From Candidatus Krumholzibacteriota bacterium (GTDB lineage Bacteria > Krumholzibacteriota > Krumholzibacteriia > JAJRXK01), in contig CAVSGG010000001.1 in assembly GCA_963727455.1 (NCBI GenBank), forward strand, positions 32,001 through 96,000: 64,000 nucleotides of DNA, read 5' to 3'. Below are positions 40,537-51,494 of the stretch, piece by piece. The first letter of the stretch is position 1. Each line of letters starts with the position of its first letter. The position numbers and the translations under genes are program-made. The notes beneath the pieces were generated by a model. That model was not told the DNA's origin, did not search any database, and saw only the letters and a program-made list of their open reading frames with translations.

Positions 40537-41694
40537 CTACTGTTCTCCCTTCTCGCCCAAGGCCTCGGCGGTGGCGGTGTGGATGACCTTGCCCTCGTGA
40601 AGGACGGTACATCCTCCGACGGCGGCGTCCTCGAGATCGACGCGGAAATTGCCCTCGCGATCTGTCATGTCGCTGATGAGGTTCAGAATGTTCTTGGCGT
40701 ACATCTCCGAGGAGTTGACGGGGACGAGCCCCGGAACGTTCATCATCCCAACCAGAGTGACCCCGTGTTTCACCACGGTCTCGCCGGGAACGCTCAGTTC
40801 GCAGTTTCCGCCGGTCTCGACTGCGAGGTCGACGATGACCGAACCCACCCGCATGTTCTCCACCATCTCCGCGGTAACCAGCTTGGGGGCGGGCTTGCCC
40901 GGGATGGCCGCGGTGGTGATGACCACGTCGGCCTGTTCGATGCGTGCCTTCACCAGCTCGCGTTGCCTGGCGAGGAACTCCGCGCTCTGCTCCTTCGCAT
41001 AGCCGTCCTTGTCCTCGACCTCTTGGGCATTCTCGTCGGGGGGAACCTCGATGTACTTTCCTCCCAGACTCTCCACCTGCTCCTTCACCGCCGGCCGCAC
41101 GTCACTCACCTCGACGATCGCGCCCAGGCGCTTGGCCGTGGCGACCGCCTGCAGCCCCGCCACTCCGGCGCCCAAGATGACCACGTGCGCCGGCTTGATG
41201 GTCCCGGCCGGGGTTGTCATCATGGGGAAGATCTTCGGCAGATGGTTGGCGGCCATGATCACGGCCTTGTAGCCGGAGATGTTGGCCTGGGAGCTGAGCG
41301 CGTCCATCTTCTGGGCGCGCGTGATACGCGGCATGCAATCCATGGCCAAACAGCTCATCTTCTTGGCCTGGAGGGATCTCACCAGATCCAGATTGCGCGT
41401 GGGCCAGAGGAAGGAAATCAGCAGGCTACCCTGCTTCATCTGCTCCGCTTCCTCTTGCTGTGGCGGATGAAATTTGAGCACCAGATCGGCGGCGCCATAG
41501 CCCGCGGGGGCATCGGTCACGATCGTCGCCCCGGCCTTGCGGTAGGCGTCGTCGCTGATATAGGCCCCCTCACCGGCCTGGCTTTGAACCGAAACCGCGA
41601 AACCGGCCTTGATCAGCCGCGCCACGGTGTCAGGCGTCGCCGCCACCCGGGTCTCGCCAGGGTGTGTTTCCCTGGGAACGAAGGCGGTCAACAT
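40537..41694 (-). CDS. pntA: NAD(P) transhydrogenase alpha subunit, soluble part (alpha1)
   Basis: ETRVAATP, RAQKMDALSSQ, GAGVAGL, GGNCE; true start ATG 41694 (the longer ORF runs antisense through the tRNA). Confidence 0.94.
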   Translation of the reverse strand: MLTAFVPRETHPGETRVAATPDTVARLIKAGFAVSVQSQAGEGAYISDDAYRKAGATIVTDAPAGYGAADLVLKFHPPQQEEAEQMKQGSLLISFLWPTRNLDLVRSLQAKKMSCLAMDCMPRITRAQKMDALSSQANISGYKAVIMAANHLPKIFPMMTTPAGTIKPAHVVILGAGVAGLQAVATAKRLGAIVEVSDVRPAVKEQVESLGGKYIEVPPDENAQEVEDKDGYAKEQSAEFLARQRELVKARIEQADVVITTAAIPGKPAPKLVTAEMVENMRVGSVIVDLAVETGGNCELSVPGETVVKHGVTLVGMMNVPGLVPVNSSEMYAKNILNLISDMTDREGNFRVDLEDAAVGGCTVLHEGKVIHTATAEALGEKGEQ

Positions 41695-41832
41695 GAAGAT
41701 TCCGTCCCGGTTAAAGGAATAGATCTGCAGCGATTTGCGCCCAAGAAGATAGTCGGACCCCTCCGGGGGTCCAAGACAATCCGTGGACGGCGTTTCGAAT
41801 TCGAATCCGGCCCTTTTGACGCGCTGGCTTCC

Positions 41833-41862
41833 TTGACACCCCCCAAGGCCCGCGATTAGCTT
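41833..41862 (+). promoter_or_regulatory. Sigma70-type promoter for tRNA-His/hisS
   Basis: TTGACA (41833), 18-bp spacer, TAGCTT (41857), just upstream of the tRNA. Confidence 0.55.
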
Positions 41863-41874
41863 AGACGCCCACGT

Positions 41875-41951
41875 GCTGGCGTAGCTCAGCTGGTTAGAGC
41901 ACCAGATTGTGGATCTGGGGGTCGGTGGTTCGAATCCACCCGCCAGTACCA
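41875..41951 (+). tRNA. tRNA-His(GUG), non-canonical: no encoded G-1, G1:U72, A73
   Basis: Cloverleaf: GCTGGCG TA GCTC-AGCTGGTTA-GAGC A CCAGA-TT GTG GA-TCTGG GGGTC GGTGG-TTCGAAT-CCACC CGCCAGT A CCA. Confidence 0.95.
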
Positions 41952-41992
41952 TGCATCCTCCCTCGGCCTTTGAGGGCCCCGAACTCTTGCTC

Positions 41993-43420
41993 ATGGCAAA
42001 GCGTATCGAAGCCAAGCTCGCCAAGGGAATGCGCGACATCGTCGGCGCGCCGATTCGGCGTAGACAGCGTATGATCGAGACCGTTCAGGGTGTGTTCGAG
42101 CGCTTTGGCTTCCAGCCCCTGGAAACGCCCGTCATCGAGGCCCGAGAAGTACTCGTGGGCGCCAAGGCCGGCGAGACCTCCCAGCGCATCTTCAGCTGGC
42201 GGCACGAGGAGGAGGATGCGGAGCTGGGGCTCCGTTTCGATCTCACCGTGCCTTTGGCGCGCTTCGTGGCCGCGCACCCCGAGCTGCGGCGGCCCTTCAA
42301 GCGCTATCAGGTGGGACCGGTCTTTCGGGTGGATAAGCCGGGCGCGGGGCGCTTTCGCGAATTCCTGCAGTTCGACATCGATACGGTGGGCAGCCGGTCC
42401 ATGTTGGCCGACGCTGAGATCCTGGGCGCGATGAGCGAGGCTCTGAGAGCGCTGGGGCTGCCCTCGCACACCATTCGCTGGAACCACCGCGGCGTACTGA
42501 ACGCCGCCCTGCGCCGCGCGAAGATCGAGCCCAGCCGGGCCGCCGGCGTCATTCGCATTCTGGACAAGGAAGACAAAATCGGAATCGAAGGGGTACGGGC
42601 GGAACTGGGAGGAGGGCGCATCGACGCGGAATCGGGCGCACCCATCCCCGGCCTCGGCCTCCCGGAGCCACAGATCCACGCACTGGGCGAGTTCCTCGAG
42701 CTGCATGACGAGACGGATGACGGGCTGGTCGAGAAATCCAAGCGCTTCTTGGCGGGCACGAAAAGCGCCGAGGCGGCACTGAAGGAAATCGACGAACTCA
42801 GGGCCCATCTGGAAGTCATGGGTTGCGCCGAGCGGGTGCGCTTCTCGCCCAATCTCGCGCGCGGGATGGACTACTACACCGGCCCCATCTTCGAGGCCAC
42901 GCTCGATGAGCTGCCCGACTATGGATCGATCATGGGCGGAGGCCGCTACGACGAGCTCGTCTCCCGCTTCAGCGGCGAGCAGTTGCCCGGAGTGGGGGCC
43001 TCGATCGGGGTCGACCGCCTGCTGGCTGCGCTCGATCAACTCGAGAGCCGCAAGCAGAGCGGGACGGTCACCGAAGTGCTCGTTACCACGATGGACCGCA
43101 AGCTTACCCTTACTTACCAGGCCCTGGTTCGCGAGCTGCGCGAGGCCGGGCTGAATGCGGAAATCTATCTGAATCCCAAGGCGCGTCTGGGTGATCAGCT
43201 CAAGTACGCGTCCTTCTGGCAAATTCCCTATGCCGTCATCGTGGGCGAGGACGAGCTGAAGGAAGAAAAGGTCACGATCAAGGATCTCGAGGAAGGCGCG
43301 CGCGCGGCTTCCAAGATGGACGATCGGGCCGAGTGGGTCGAACAACGTCCCGGACAGTTCTCATTGGATCGGGCGAGTTTGATTCCGACCCTCAAGAAGC
43401 TTCTCGGGCACGGAGGCTGA
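41993..43420 (+). CDS. hisS: Histidine--tRNA ligase (divergent, Caulobacter/Rhizobiales-like type)
   Basis: KGMRD, LRFDLTVPLARF, FRVDKPGAGRFREFLQFDID, LARGMDYYTG, GGGRYDEL, GASIGVDRL. Confidence 0.95.
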   Translation: MAKRIEAKLAKGMRDIVGAPIRRRQRMIETVQGVFERFGFQPLETPVIEAREVLVGAKAGETSQRIFSWRHEEEDAELGLRFDLTVPLARFVAAHPELRRPFKRYQVGPVFRVDKPGAGRFREFLQFDIDTVGSRSMLADAEILGAMSEALRALGLPSHTIRWNHRGVLNAALRRAKIEPSRAAGVIRILDKEDKIGIEGVRAELGGGRIDAESGAPIPGLGLPEPQIHALGEFLELHDETDDGLVEKSKRFLAGTKSAEAALKEIDELRAHLEVMGCAERVRFSPNLARGMDYYTGPIFEATLDELPDYGSIMGGGRYDELVSRFSGEQLPGVGASIGVDRLLAALDQLESRKQSGTVTEVLVTTMDRKLTLTYQALVRELREAGLNAEIYLNPKARLGDQLKYASFWQIPYAVIVGEDELKEEKVTIKDLEEGARAASKMDDRAEWVEQRPGQFSLDRASLIPTLKKLLGHGG

Positions 43421-43505
43421 AAGCCCGCACGCGCCCGGGGAATCTCGCTGCACGCGCCTCCCCCGCGCGCCTGCTGGAATGCGCTGTGCTATACTTTTTC
43501 TTTCC

Positions 43506-44561
43506 ATGACCAGGTTTTCCGCATCCACTTTCCAACGAACGCTGGCCAGTTTCGGCGCAGTGGTCTTCGTGCTGCTCGCCATGGAGATCGTGCTGCGCTT
43601 GTTCATCGCAACCCCCTCCACCACCGAACCTGACCCGCAGTTCGAGTACTTTCAGCGCCCTTATTCACGCCAGGTATTCAGTTCGGAGGGCTACAGCAGA
43701 ACTCGCCTCAATCGCTACGGCTTCAACGACAGCGATCCACTGCCGAAGAAGCCGCCCCTGCGGGCGTTGATCGTGGGAGATTCTTTCACCGAGGCGATGC
43801 AGGTGTATCCCGATCAGAACTTCGGGAGCATTGCCGAGTCGCAGGTAAACGGCCTGGAAGTCTGCAACGCGGGGCGTTCCGGTTGGGGACCACCGGATAT
43901 CGCGGCCTTTGTGAAGCTGCGCGCGGCCGAGTTTCGCCCCGACCTCCTGGTCATCCAATGCAACGATCTCGATCTCCAGGAGTTTACGCGCGACTGGGAA
44001 ATCCATCTCCGCCGGACGGACGATGGATACCAGCTCGTCATCCCCAAGAAGCCCGCCGCCAGCAGTGGGGTTCAGCGCTGGGGCGCCGACCTGAAGCGCG
44101 CCTCTGCCCTATTCACGCTCATCCAGAGACGAATCGACGTCCTGACTCGCCTGGAGCGAGACCGGCTCGAGAAACACTTTTCTCCACCGCCCGCGCAGGC
44201 GGCCGAGAATTCCGATACCAATTTTCCTTCCGACGCGGTGGACATGCTGGTGTATCTGTACCGTCAAATGTCCCGCATTTATCCCGACATCATCTATCTC
44301 TACATTCCGCGAATCGATTATTCCAAGAACGGGGGAGAGCTCACCACGCCGCAGAACCGCGAGGTGTACTTGGAGTTTGCCAGGCGCTGTGGGGTTACGC
44401 TCATCGATCCCACCGACGCCCTCTTGAAGGAATACCATCGGAGCGGACAGCCCTGTCACGGCTTTCAAAACAGCGAAATGGGAAAGGGCCACATGAACGC
44501 GCGCGGTCACCGAGTGGTAGGCAAGTTGCTCGCTGAAGAGTTGAGGAAACATCTACCATGA
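43506..44561 (+). CDS. SGNH hydrolase-like O-acetyltransferase partner (AlgJ/AlgX-like), copy 1
   Basis: N-terminal anchor; IVGDSFTE, NAGRSGWG, QCNDLD, GHMNARGH. Confidence 0.78.
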   Translation: MTRFSASTFQRTLASFGAVVFVLLAMEIVLRLFIATPSTTEPDPQFEYFQRPYSRQVFSSEGYSRTRLNRYGFNDSDPLPKKPPLRALIVGDSFTEAMQVYPDQNFGSIAESQVNGLEVCNAGRSGWGPPDIAAFVKLRAAEFRPDLLVIQCNDLDLQEFTRDWEIHLRRTDDGYQLVIPKKPAASSGVQRWGADLKRASALFTLIQRRIDVLTRLERDRLEKHFSPPPAQAAENSDTNFPSDAVDMLVYLYRQMSRIYPDIIYLYIPRIDYSKNGGELTTPQNREVYLEFARRCGVTLIDPTDALLKEYHRSGQPCHGFQNSEMGKGHMNARGHRVVGKLLAEELRKHLP

Positions 44562-45961
44562 TCTTCTCCTCGATCGAATTCTTCGTGTTCTTGGCCCTGG
44601 TCCTCTTGGGCTTGGGACTCTTGCGCAGGGAAGAGGGCCGGCGGAATCTCCTGCTGGTGTCCAGCTACGTATTCTACGGCTGGTGGGACTGGCGCTTCTG
44701 TTTCCTCATTCTCGCCTCGACCATCATCGACTATGCAGCCGGCCGTTTCATGGAACGCAGCTCGACGCAAGTCGCGCGCAAGCGCTGGCTCGTGGTGAGC
44801 CTGGTCGCGAACCTTGGCATTTTGAGCGTCTTCAAGTACGCCAATTTCTTCTTGGGCAACTTCAGGCCGCTGTTCGGTGCGGCGGGGGTGAACCTTCCTC
44901 ACCTGAACATCATTCTGCCGGTGGGGGTCTCCTTCTTCACTTTCCAAACGATGAGCTACTCGATCGACGTCTACCGCAGGAAGTTGCCCGCCACGCACAA
45001 TTTTCGCGACTTCGCGCTCTTCGTTTCCTTTTTCCCGCAACTGGTGGCGGGACCCATCGTCCGTGGCGCCGAATTCCTGCCTCAACTCGCGTTCGTACAT
45101 CCCCTGAAACGCTCGAACATCCACGCGGGACTGGACATCTTTCTGCGCGGTTTCACCAAGAAGGTGTTGTTCGCGGACACCCTGGCGACCTACGTGGATC
45201 CCGTGTTCGCACACCCGGCCGCGTATTCCTCGGGAACGGCGTGGATGGCTGTCATCGCCTACGCCTTCCAGATCTATTACGACTTCTCCGGCTACAGCGA
45301 CATGGCCATTGGCGTGGGCAAAATGATGGGCTTCGAGCTGCCGGTGAACTTCCGGCACCCTTATCGCAGTCTCAACGTCACCGAATTCTGGCGCCGCTGG
45401 CACATCACCCTCAGCGGGTGGTTGCGTGATTACCTTTACATTTCCTTGGGCGGAAACCGAAAGGGCCGCGGGCGCACTTACGTCAATCTGATGCTCACGA
45501 TGTTGCTCGGCGGTCTCTGGCACGGGGCCTCCTGGAATTTCGTGGTATGGGGCGGGCTGCACGGAGCGGCTCTGGCTGTTCACAAACTCTACATGAGCTT
45601 GCGGGGAGAGAATGCCCCCGCCCCCGGCTTCGTGCGCAAGTTCTTCTCCTGGGCCGCGACCTACGTGTTCGTGCTCGTGACCTGGGTGTTCTTCCGCGCA
45701 CAGAACTTCTCTACCGCGTGGACCTATTTGCAGAAGCTCGCCTTCGCGAACGCGCGCGGCATCGAATGGTATTACGTGCAGGCCATGGTGGTCATCGCGT
45801 TGGGGGCGGCGCTGCACATCGCGGTGGTTATGCGCGACGACCGCGAGCTCGTCATCGACTTCCGACGGCCCATCATGTGGGGCGTGGCCGTAGGTATGAT
45901 GATCGTCATCCTCCTCTACTCCCCCTTCGGTAACAGCCCCTTCATCTACTTCCAGTTCTAG
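44558..45961 (+). CDS. MBOAT family O-acyltransferase (AlgI/PatA-like)
   Basis: LPVGVSFFTFQ, FFPQLVAGPI, DFSGYSDMAIG, FWRRWHITLS, GLWHGA, C-terminal FIYFQF. Confidence 0.94.
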   Translation: MIFSSIEFFVFLALVLLGLGLLRREEGRRNLLLVSSYVFYGWWDWRFCFLILASTIIDYAAGRFMERSSTQVARKRWLVVSLVANLGILSVFKYANFFLGNFRPLFGAAGVNLPHLNIILPVGVSFFTFQTMSYSIDVYRRKLPATHNFRDFALFVSFFPQLVAGPIVRGAEFLPQLAFVHPLKRSNIHAGLDIFLRGFTKKVLFADTLATYVDPVFAHPAAYSSGTAWMAVIAYAFQIYYDFSGYSDMAIGVGKMMGFELPVNFRHPYRSLNVTEFWRRWHITLSGWLRDYLYISLGGNRKGRGRTYVNLMLTMLLGGLWHGASWNFVVWGGLHGAALAVHKLYMSLRGENAPAPGFVRKFFSWAATYVFVLVTWVFFRAQNFSTAWTYLQKLAFANARGIEWYYVQAMVVIALGAALHIAVVMRDDRELVIDFRRPIMWGVAVGMMIVILLYSPFGNSPFIYFQF

Positions 45962-46018
45962 CTTACGGCGACACGCCTCCGCGCCTCTCAGCCACCCTAT
46001 GCTATACTCTCTCTTGCC

Positions 46019-47101
46019 ATGATCAGACCACCGCGTCTCCTTTTTCGCCAGGCCATCGCCCGTTTAGGCGCGATCGCTTTCGTTTTGCTTTCCATGGAAT
46101 TCGTGCTGCGTTTGTGGATTGCGACACCCGCGACCACCGAGCCTGATCCACAGTTCGAGTACTTTCAACGCCCCTATTCGCGGCAAGTGCACAGCTCGGA
46201 AGGCTATAGCCGCACGCACATGAACGAATTCGGTTTCAATGACGAAGATCCTTGGCAGCAGGAACCGCGGCGCCGCGCCCTGCTTGTCGGCGATTCCTAT
46301 ACCGAAGCAATGCAGGTCTACCCGGGGCAGAATTTCGGCAGTGTGGCCGAGTCTCTGGTAGATGGCTTGGAGGTTTGCAACGCGGGACGCGCGGGGTGGG
46401 GGCCGCCCGATCTTGTGGCCTTCGCAAAAATCCGTGGAAGGCAATTTTCGCCGGACGTGGTGGTGATTCAGCTCAACGACGGCGATCTCAGGGAGTTTTT
46501 TAGGCCAGGGTCAGCCCACATGATTCCGGATCAGGATGGGTGGGAATTGGTGGTTCCTGAGATAAGAGCGGATGCCTCCTGGAGCCATGCCCTGCTGCGC
46601 TCGTTGATGCAGTCTTCTTCCTTGATCACCCTCCTGGGGTGGCGCAGTAGGACCCTGCTGAATCTCGAGAGGGGGCGTCTCCGCGAACGCTTCGTGCCCA
46701 GGGCGGTGCAGGCTGCCGGCTTGACTGGAAAATCCCGGACTGCGACGGATAGCCAGGGGGTACCTTTCGAAGCAACGGACATGCTCTGTGCTTTGCACTG
46801 GAGACTCAACGAGAGCTATCCCGATCCCATTTACGTCTGCATTCCGCGCATCTCGTACCTGGATGACACCGTTGCCTATCCGCGGCGCCGCGCGATCTAT
46901 CACGAATTTGCCGCGCGTACCGGCGCCGTGTTCATTGATCCCACCGACGCGCTCCTGGCCGAGTACCATCTCCATGGGCAGCCCTGCCACGGATTCCAGA
47001 ACAGCGAGATGGGGAAGGGGCACCTCAATGCACGGGGACATCGGGTGGTGGGCGAGCTTCTCGCGGCCGAACTGCGGAAGCGACTCCCAAAATCGAGGTA
47101 A
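46019..47101 (+). CDS. SGNH hydrolase-like protein, copy 2 (paralog of 43506-44561)
   Basis: Near-identical blocks TTEPDPQFEYFQRPYSRQV, GDSYTEAMQVYP, GQPCHGFQNSEMGKGH. Confidence 0.78.
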   Translation: MIRPPRLLFRQAIARLGAIAFVLLSMEFVLRLWIATPATTEPDPQFEYFQRPYSRQVHSSEGYSRTHMNEFGFNDEDPWQQEPRRRALLVGDSYTEAMQVYPGQNFGSVAESLVDGLEVCNAGRAGWGPPDLVAFAKIRGRQFSPDVVVIQLNDGDLREFFRPGSAHMIPDQDGWELVVPEIRADASWSHALLRSLMQSSSLITLLGWRSRTLLNLERGRLRERFVPRAVQAAGLTGKSRTATDSQGVPFEATDMLCALHWRLNESYPDPIYVCIPRISYLDDTVAYPRRRAIYHEFAARTGAVFIDPTDALLAEYHLHGQPCHGFQNSEMGKGHLNARGHRVVGELLAAELRKRLPKSR

Positions 47102-47178
47102 GCCTTCCTTACTAGGAACGCGTCAGATGCTCATTCTTGCGCGGGCCGCCCTTCATCCTTTGTGTCGAGGTCCGGAAG

Positions 47179-48468
<1,290 letters not shown>

Positions 48469-48581
48469 GAAACTGCTCCCTGTTCTGAAGTGGGGCGGTG
48501 AAGTCGAGAATGGCGCCTCGACATTTACGGGCAGCTTCGATTCAAACAGTCGTTTCGAAGGATCCCGCCAAGGTGAATGAT

Positions 48582-49781
48582 ATGTCGCAAAAGAACGCTA
48601 TCCAAGGAACAGATGCCCACGACGCCGATTTTCCGGCCGAGAACGAAACGGACGCCAAGGAACCCCGCTGGGAGCTGGTTCGCATGGCGCGCAGCTTCTG
48701 GAAGCGGCTCCGCTGGACCGTCCGCCTTCTGGTCTTGGGCGCGGGAGTCTTGCTCGTCGCCCAGCTCTTCGCGCTCTATCGCGCACTCGCCGACCTGCAT
48801 CCCTGGCTCGGTCTCGCGGGGGTGCTCGTGTTCGTGGGGCTCTTGGCTTGGCTGGTGGGCCGCCCCCTCGCGAGTGCGCTGCGTCTTCCCGGGGTGGTGA
48901 CGCCGCCGCGCATGCCCGCGGCTCCGCAACGCACCGCTTCTGACGCCCGGCGCCAGCTGAAGTACCTGGAGCGCTACCTGCGCGCGCAGCAGAGAAATCC
49001 GGCCCTGAGTGCGCAGAAGGAGAAGTTGCAGGAGTCACTGCGAGCGGTGGGCGAGTTGCGGCAGACGGCGCGAAAGCTCGACGATGCGCGGGAGCTCTCC
49101 GCGCGCATCACCCACGTGGAGCGCGAATATGTGCTCCCGCTCCTGGAGCCACTGGATCGTCGTGCCGAGACCCTCATCCATCGCGAGGCCCTGGCCATCG
49201 GGTCGATGACCGCTCTCTCTCCCAACGGCACCCTCGACGCATTCTTGGTGCTATGGCGCAACATCAATCTCGTCGCGGCCCTGGCTCGTCTCTACTACGG
49301 ACGTCCAGGATTGATCGGAACGGGACTCATCCTGCGGGACGTTTCCTCCGCCATCCTACTCTCCAGCGTGCTGGAGCAGATCAGCGACATGGGGGGCAGC
49401 CTCTTGCGCAAGCTCGGGGAGGGCGGGCGCAGCATTCCCCTTTTGGGGGCGCTGGTGGGGCCGGTCCTGGACGGCACGATCAACGGACTCATGACGATGA
49501 AGGTGGGATACCTGGCCCAGGAGCGGTGTCGCTCGTTTCGGGCTTGGGACGGCCGAACCAAGCGCGGTATCATCCGGCGGACCTTTCATCTGGTCGGTGA
49601 TTCGGCCGCGCTCTTCATGGAGGAGCTCAACAAGTCGGTAGTGCAGTCGCTCAACTTGGTGAAATTCACCGCGGAAGCCGGCAAAGGCGCCGCCCACACC
49701 GTGAGCTCCAAGGCGCTCGCTCTGTGGAGGAGCATTCGTCGAGTGATGGGCCCGCAACCGTCCTGGGATCAAGAGTCATGA
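48582..49781 (+). CDS. YcjF/DUF697-like membrane protein
   Basis: Two N-terminal TM helices; TALSPNGTLDAFLVLWRNINLVAALARLYYGRPG. Confidence 0.7.
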   Translation: MSQKNAIQGTDAHDADFPAENETDAKEPRWELVRMARSFWKRLRWTVRLLVLGAGVLLVAQLFALYRALADLHPWLGLAGVLVFVGLLAWLVGRPLASALRLPGVVTPPRMPAAPQRTASDARRQLKYLERYLRAQQRNPALSAQKEKLQESLRAVGELRQTARKLDDARELSARITHVEREYVLPLLEPLDRRAETLIHREALAIGSMTALSPNGTLDAFLVLWRNINLVAALARLYYGRPGLIGTGLILRDVSSAILLSSVLEQISDMGGSLLRKLGEGGRSIPLLGALVGPVLDGTINGLMTMKVGYLAQERCRSFRAWDGRTKRGIIRRTFHLVGDSAALFMEELNKSVVQSLNLVKFTAEAGKGAAHTVSSKALALWRSIRRVMGPQPSWDQES

Positions 49782-50296
49782 ATTCTTCCAAGCGACCGTC
49801 CGCAGAAGACCTTCCCGAAGCCTACCGCGGATATCTCGCCGAAGTCCCCGAGGGGGACATCGTTCTGAGCCTGGCCGTGGCGTGGACGGAGACCAAGGCT
49901 CTGTTGCGCGGGCTCAGCGAAGAGCGGGCGGGGCACCGCTACCAGGAGGGAAAGTGGAGCATCAAAGAAATTTTGGTGCATCTGATGGACACGGAGAGAA
50001 TTTTCGTCACGAGGGCCCTGCGTTTCGCTCGCGGCGACGCCACCGAGCTACCCGGATACGACCAGGACCACTATGTAACGCACTGTAACGCGGGAATTCG
50101 TCCCACCGCAGAACTCATCGAAGAATTTCAATGGATGAGGGGTGGCCATCTCCGCTTCTGGCGTGGTCTTCCCGAGGCGGCCTGGCAGCGTCGCGGCGTC
50201 GCCAATGGGTGCGAATTCACGGTGGCAGCCATCGCTTGGATTCTCGCCGGGCACGAACGCCACCACCGCCGCATCATCCAGGAACGCTATCTCTGA
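49778..50296 (+). CDS. DinB family protein
   Basis: YQEGKWSIKEILVHLMDTERIF, LPGYDQD, AGHERHH. Confidence 0.88.
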   Translation: MNSSKRPSAEDLPEAYRGYLAEVPEGDIVLSLAVAWTETKALLRGLSEERAGHRYQEGKWSIKEILVHLMDTERIFVTRALRFARGDATELPGYDQDHYVTHCNAGIRPTAELIEEFQWMRGGHLRFWRGLPEAAWQRRGVANGCEFTVAAIAWILAGHERHHRRIIQERYL

Positions 50297-50375
50297 GGAG
50301 CTTGCCTGGGCGACACGCTGGCTCTAAGCTGGCGCGGTTCGCTCGCCCCCGTGTTCGCTTGAGGAGGCAGAAGAG

Positions 50376-51494
50376 GTGGGTCCGTCCGTTCTACTTACGA
50401 TCGAGCTCGCGCTGGGGGTGGCGCTCGGACTTTTAGCGGCCCTGCTCTTTCTGCGGCGGCGCAGCACCCCGGCGGGTCTGACCCTGGCCTTCGTGGTGGT
50501 CCTGGCTCTGGCCGTGGTGCCCCCCGCCCTCCTGGGTCCCCGCATGGCGACGCGCCCGAGGCGCGTCCGCGTGGTGAGCGTTCTCGACCAGCCCACGACC
50601 CAGGCCCTGACCGAGGCTTTCACGCGACGCACCGGGATTGTCTGCGACGTGGATCCTTTCGCTGGAGGCACGCAGACCACGGCGGGTCTGATTCTCCAGG
50701 GGCGGCTCCACCCGGACGTTCTTTTGGGGGGAACGGTGGAGATCCACGAGGAACTGGCCCAGAAGCAGCTTCTGGCCCCCCACGTCATTCGCCCAGATAG
50801 CAGGCGCACCAGTCTCTACGACGACCCCGATGGGCGCTGGACTCCGCTCTATCTCGGGCTTTTGGGACTGGTCTACCGGCCTTTGCCGGAGTTCCAGGCA
50901 CGCGCGCCGGACTGGCTCAGTCTGATTCAACCCCGCTTCAAGAACCGGGTCTCCATTCCCGCACCGGACAAATCCGGCGGGGGCCTGGTCTTTCTCGCCA
51001 CCCAGCTGCAGCGGCAGAAAGAGATCGAGAAGTGCTGGGAGTACCTGCAGCTCTTGGACGAAAACGAAGTCCACTGGGAGGACCGCTCGAGCGTGCCCAT
51101 TTCCCGCGTGGCGGCGGGAACCATGGATCTTGGAGTGGCCTGGGCGCACGACGTCCTGCGACGCATCGAGAGCGAGCGACTCCCGGTGAAGATGACCATT
51201 CCGCGCGAAACCGGCTTCGAGGTGGGGGCGGCCAGCATCTTGGCCAACGCGACCGACCCGGAAGCCGCGCAGCGCTTTCTCGATTTTCTCACCGGCAAGG
51301 AGGCGGGGCGCATCCAGGCCGAGGTGGGCCATCGGGTGCCGCTGCGCACCGACATCGATCTCCCCGGCTATCTGGACCACTCGCTGCCCGATTTGAAGAC
51401 CGGCAGTGGAGGGATGCACTACGACCGCGCGTTCGTGGTCAAGAACCAGGACGCGTGGATCAAACGCTGGAAGGCCATGCGCGCGCAGAGCTGA
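50376..51494 (+). CDS. ABC-type extracellular solute-binding protein (Fe3+/AfuA-like) with N-terminal TM helices
   Basis: DVLLGG, DPDGRWTPLY, PAPDKSGGG, AQRFLDFL. Confidence 0.75.
   Translation: MGPSVLLTIELALGVALGLLAALLFLRRRSTPAGLTLAFVVVLALAVVPPALLGPRMATRPRRVRVVSVLDQPTTQALTEAFTRRTGIVCDVDPFAGGTQTTAGLILQGRLHPDVLLGGTVEIHEELAQKQLLAPHVIRPDSRRTSLYDDPDGRWTPLYLGLLGLVYRPLPEFQARAPDWLSLIQPRFKNRVSIPAPDKSGGGLVFLATQLQRQKEIEKCWEYLQLLDENEVHWEDRSSVPISRVAAGTMDLGVAWAHDVLRRIESERLPVKMTIPRETGFEVGAASILANATDPEAAQRFLDFLTGKEAGRIQAEVGHRVPLRTDIDLPGYLDHSLPDLKTGSGGMHYDRAFVVKNQDAWIKRWKAMRAQS

Noticed and set aside
41873-41949. Alternative tRNA-His reading with G41873 as G-1 pairing with C41949
   Set aside because: It needs an over-long acceptor stem, displaces the invariant U8 and destroys the encoded CCA; standard numbering gives T-1 and A73.
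41695-42039. Apparent 114-aa N-terminal extension of PntA, and the hisS extension from 41909
   Set aside because: Both run through the tRNA-His gene or its promoter; family homology starts at 41694 and 41993.
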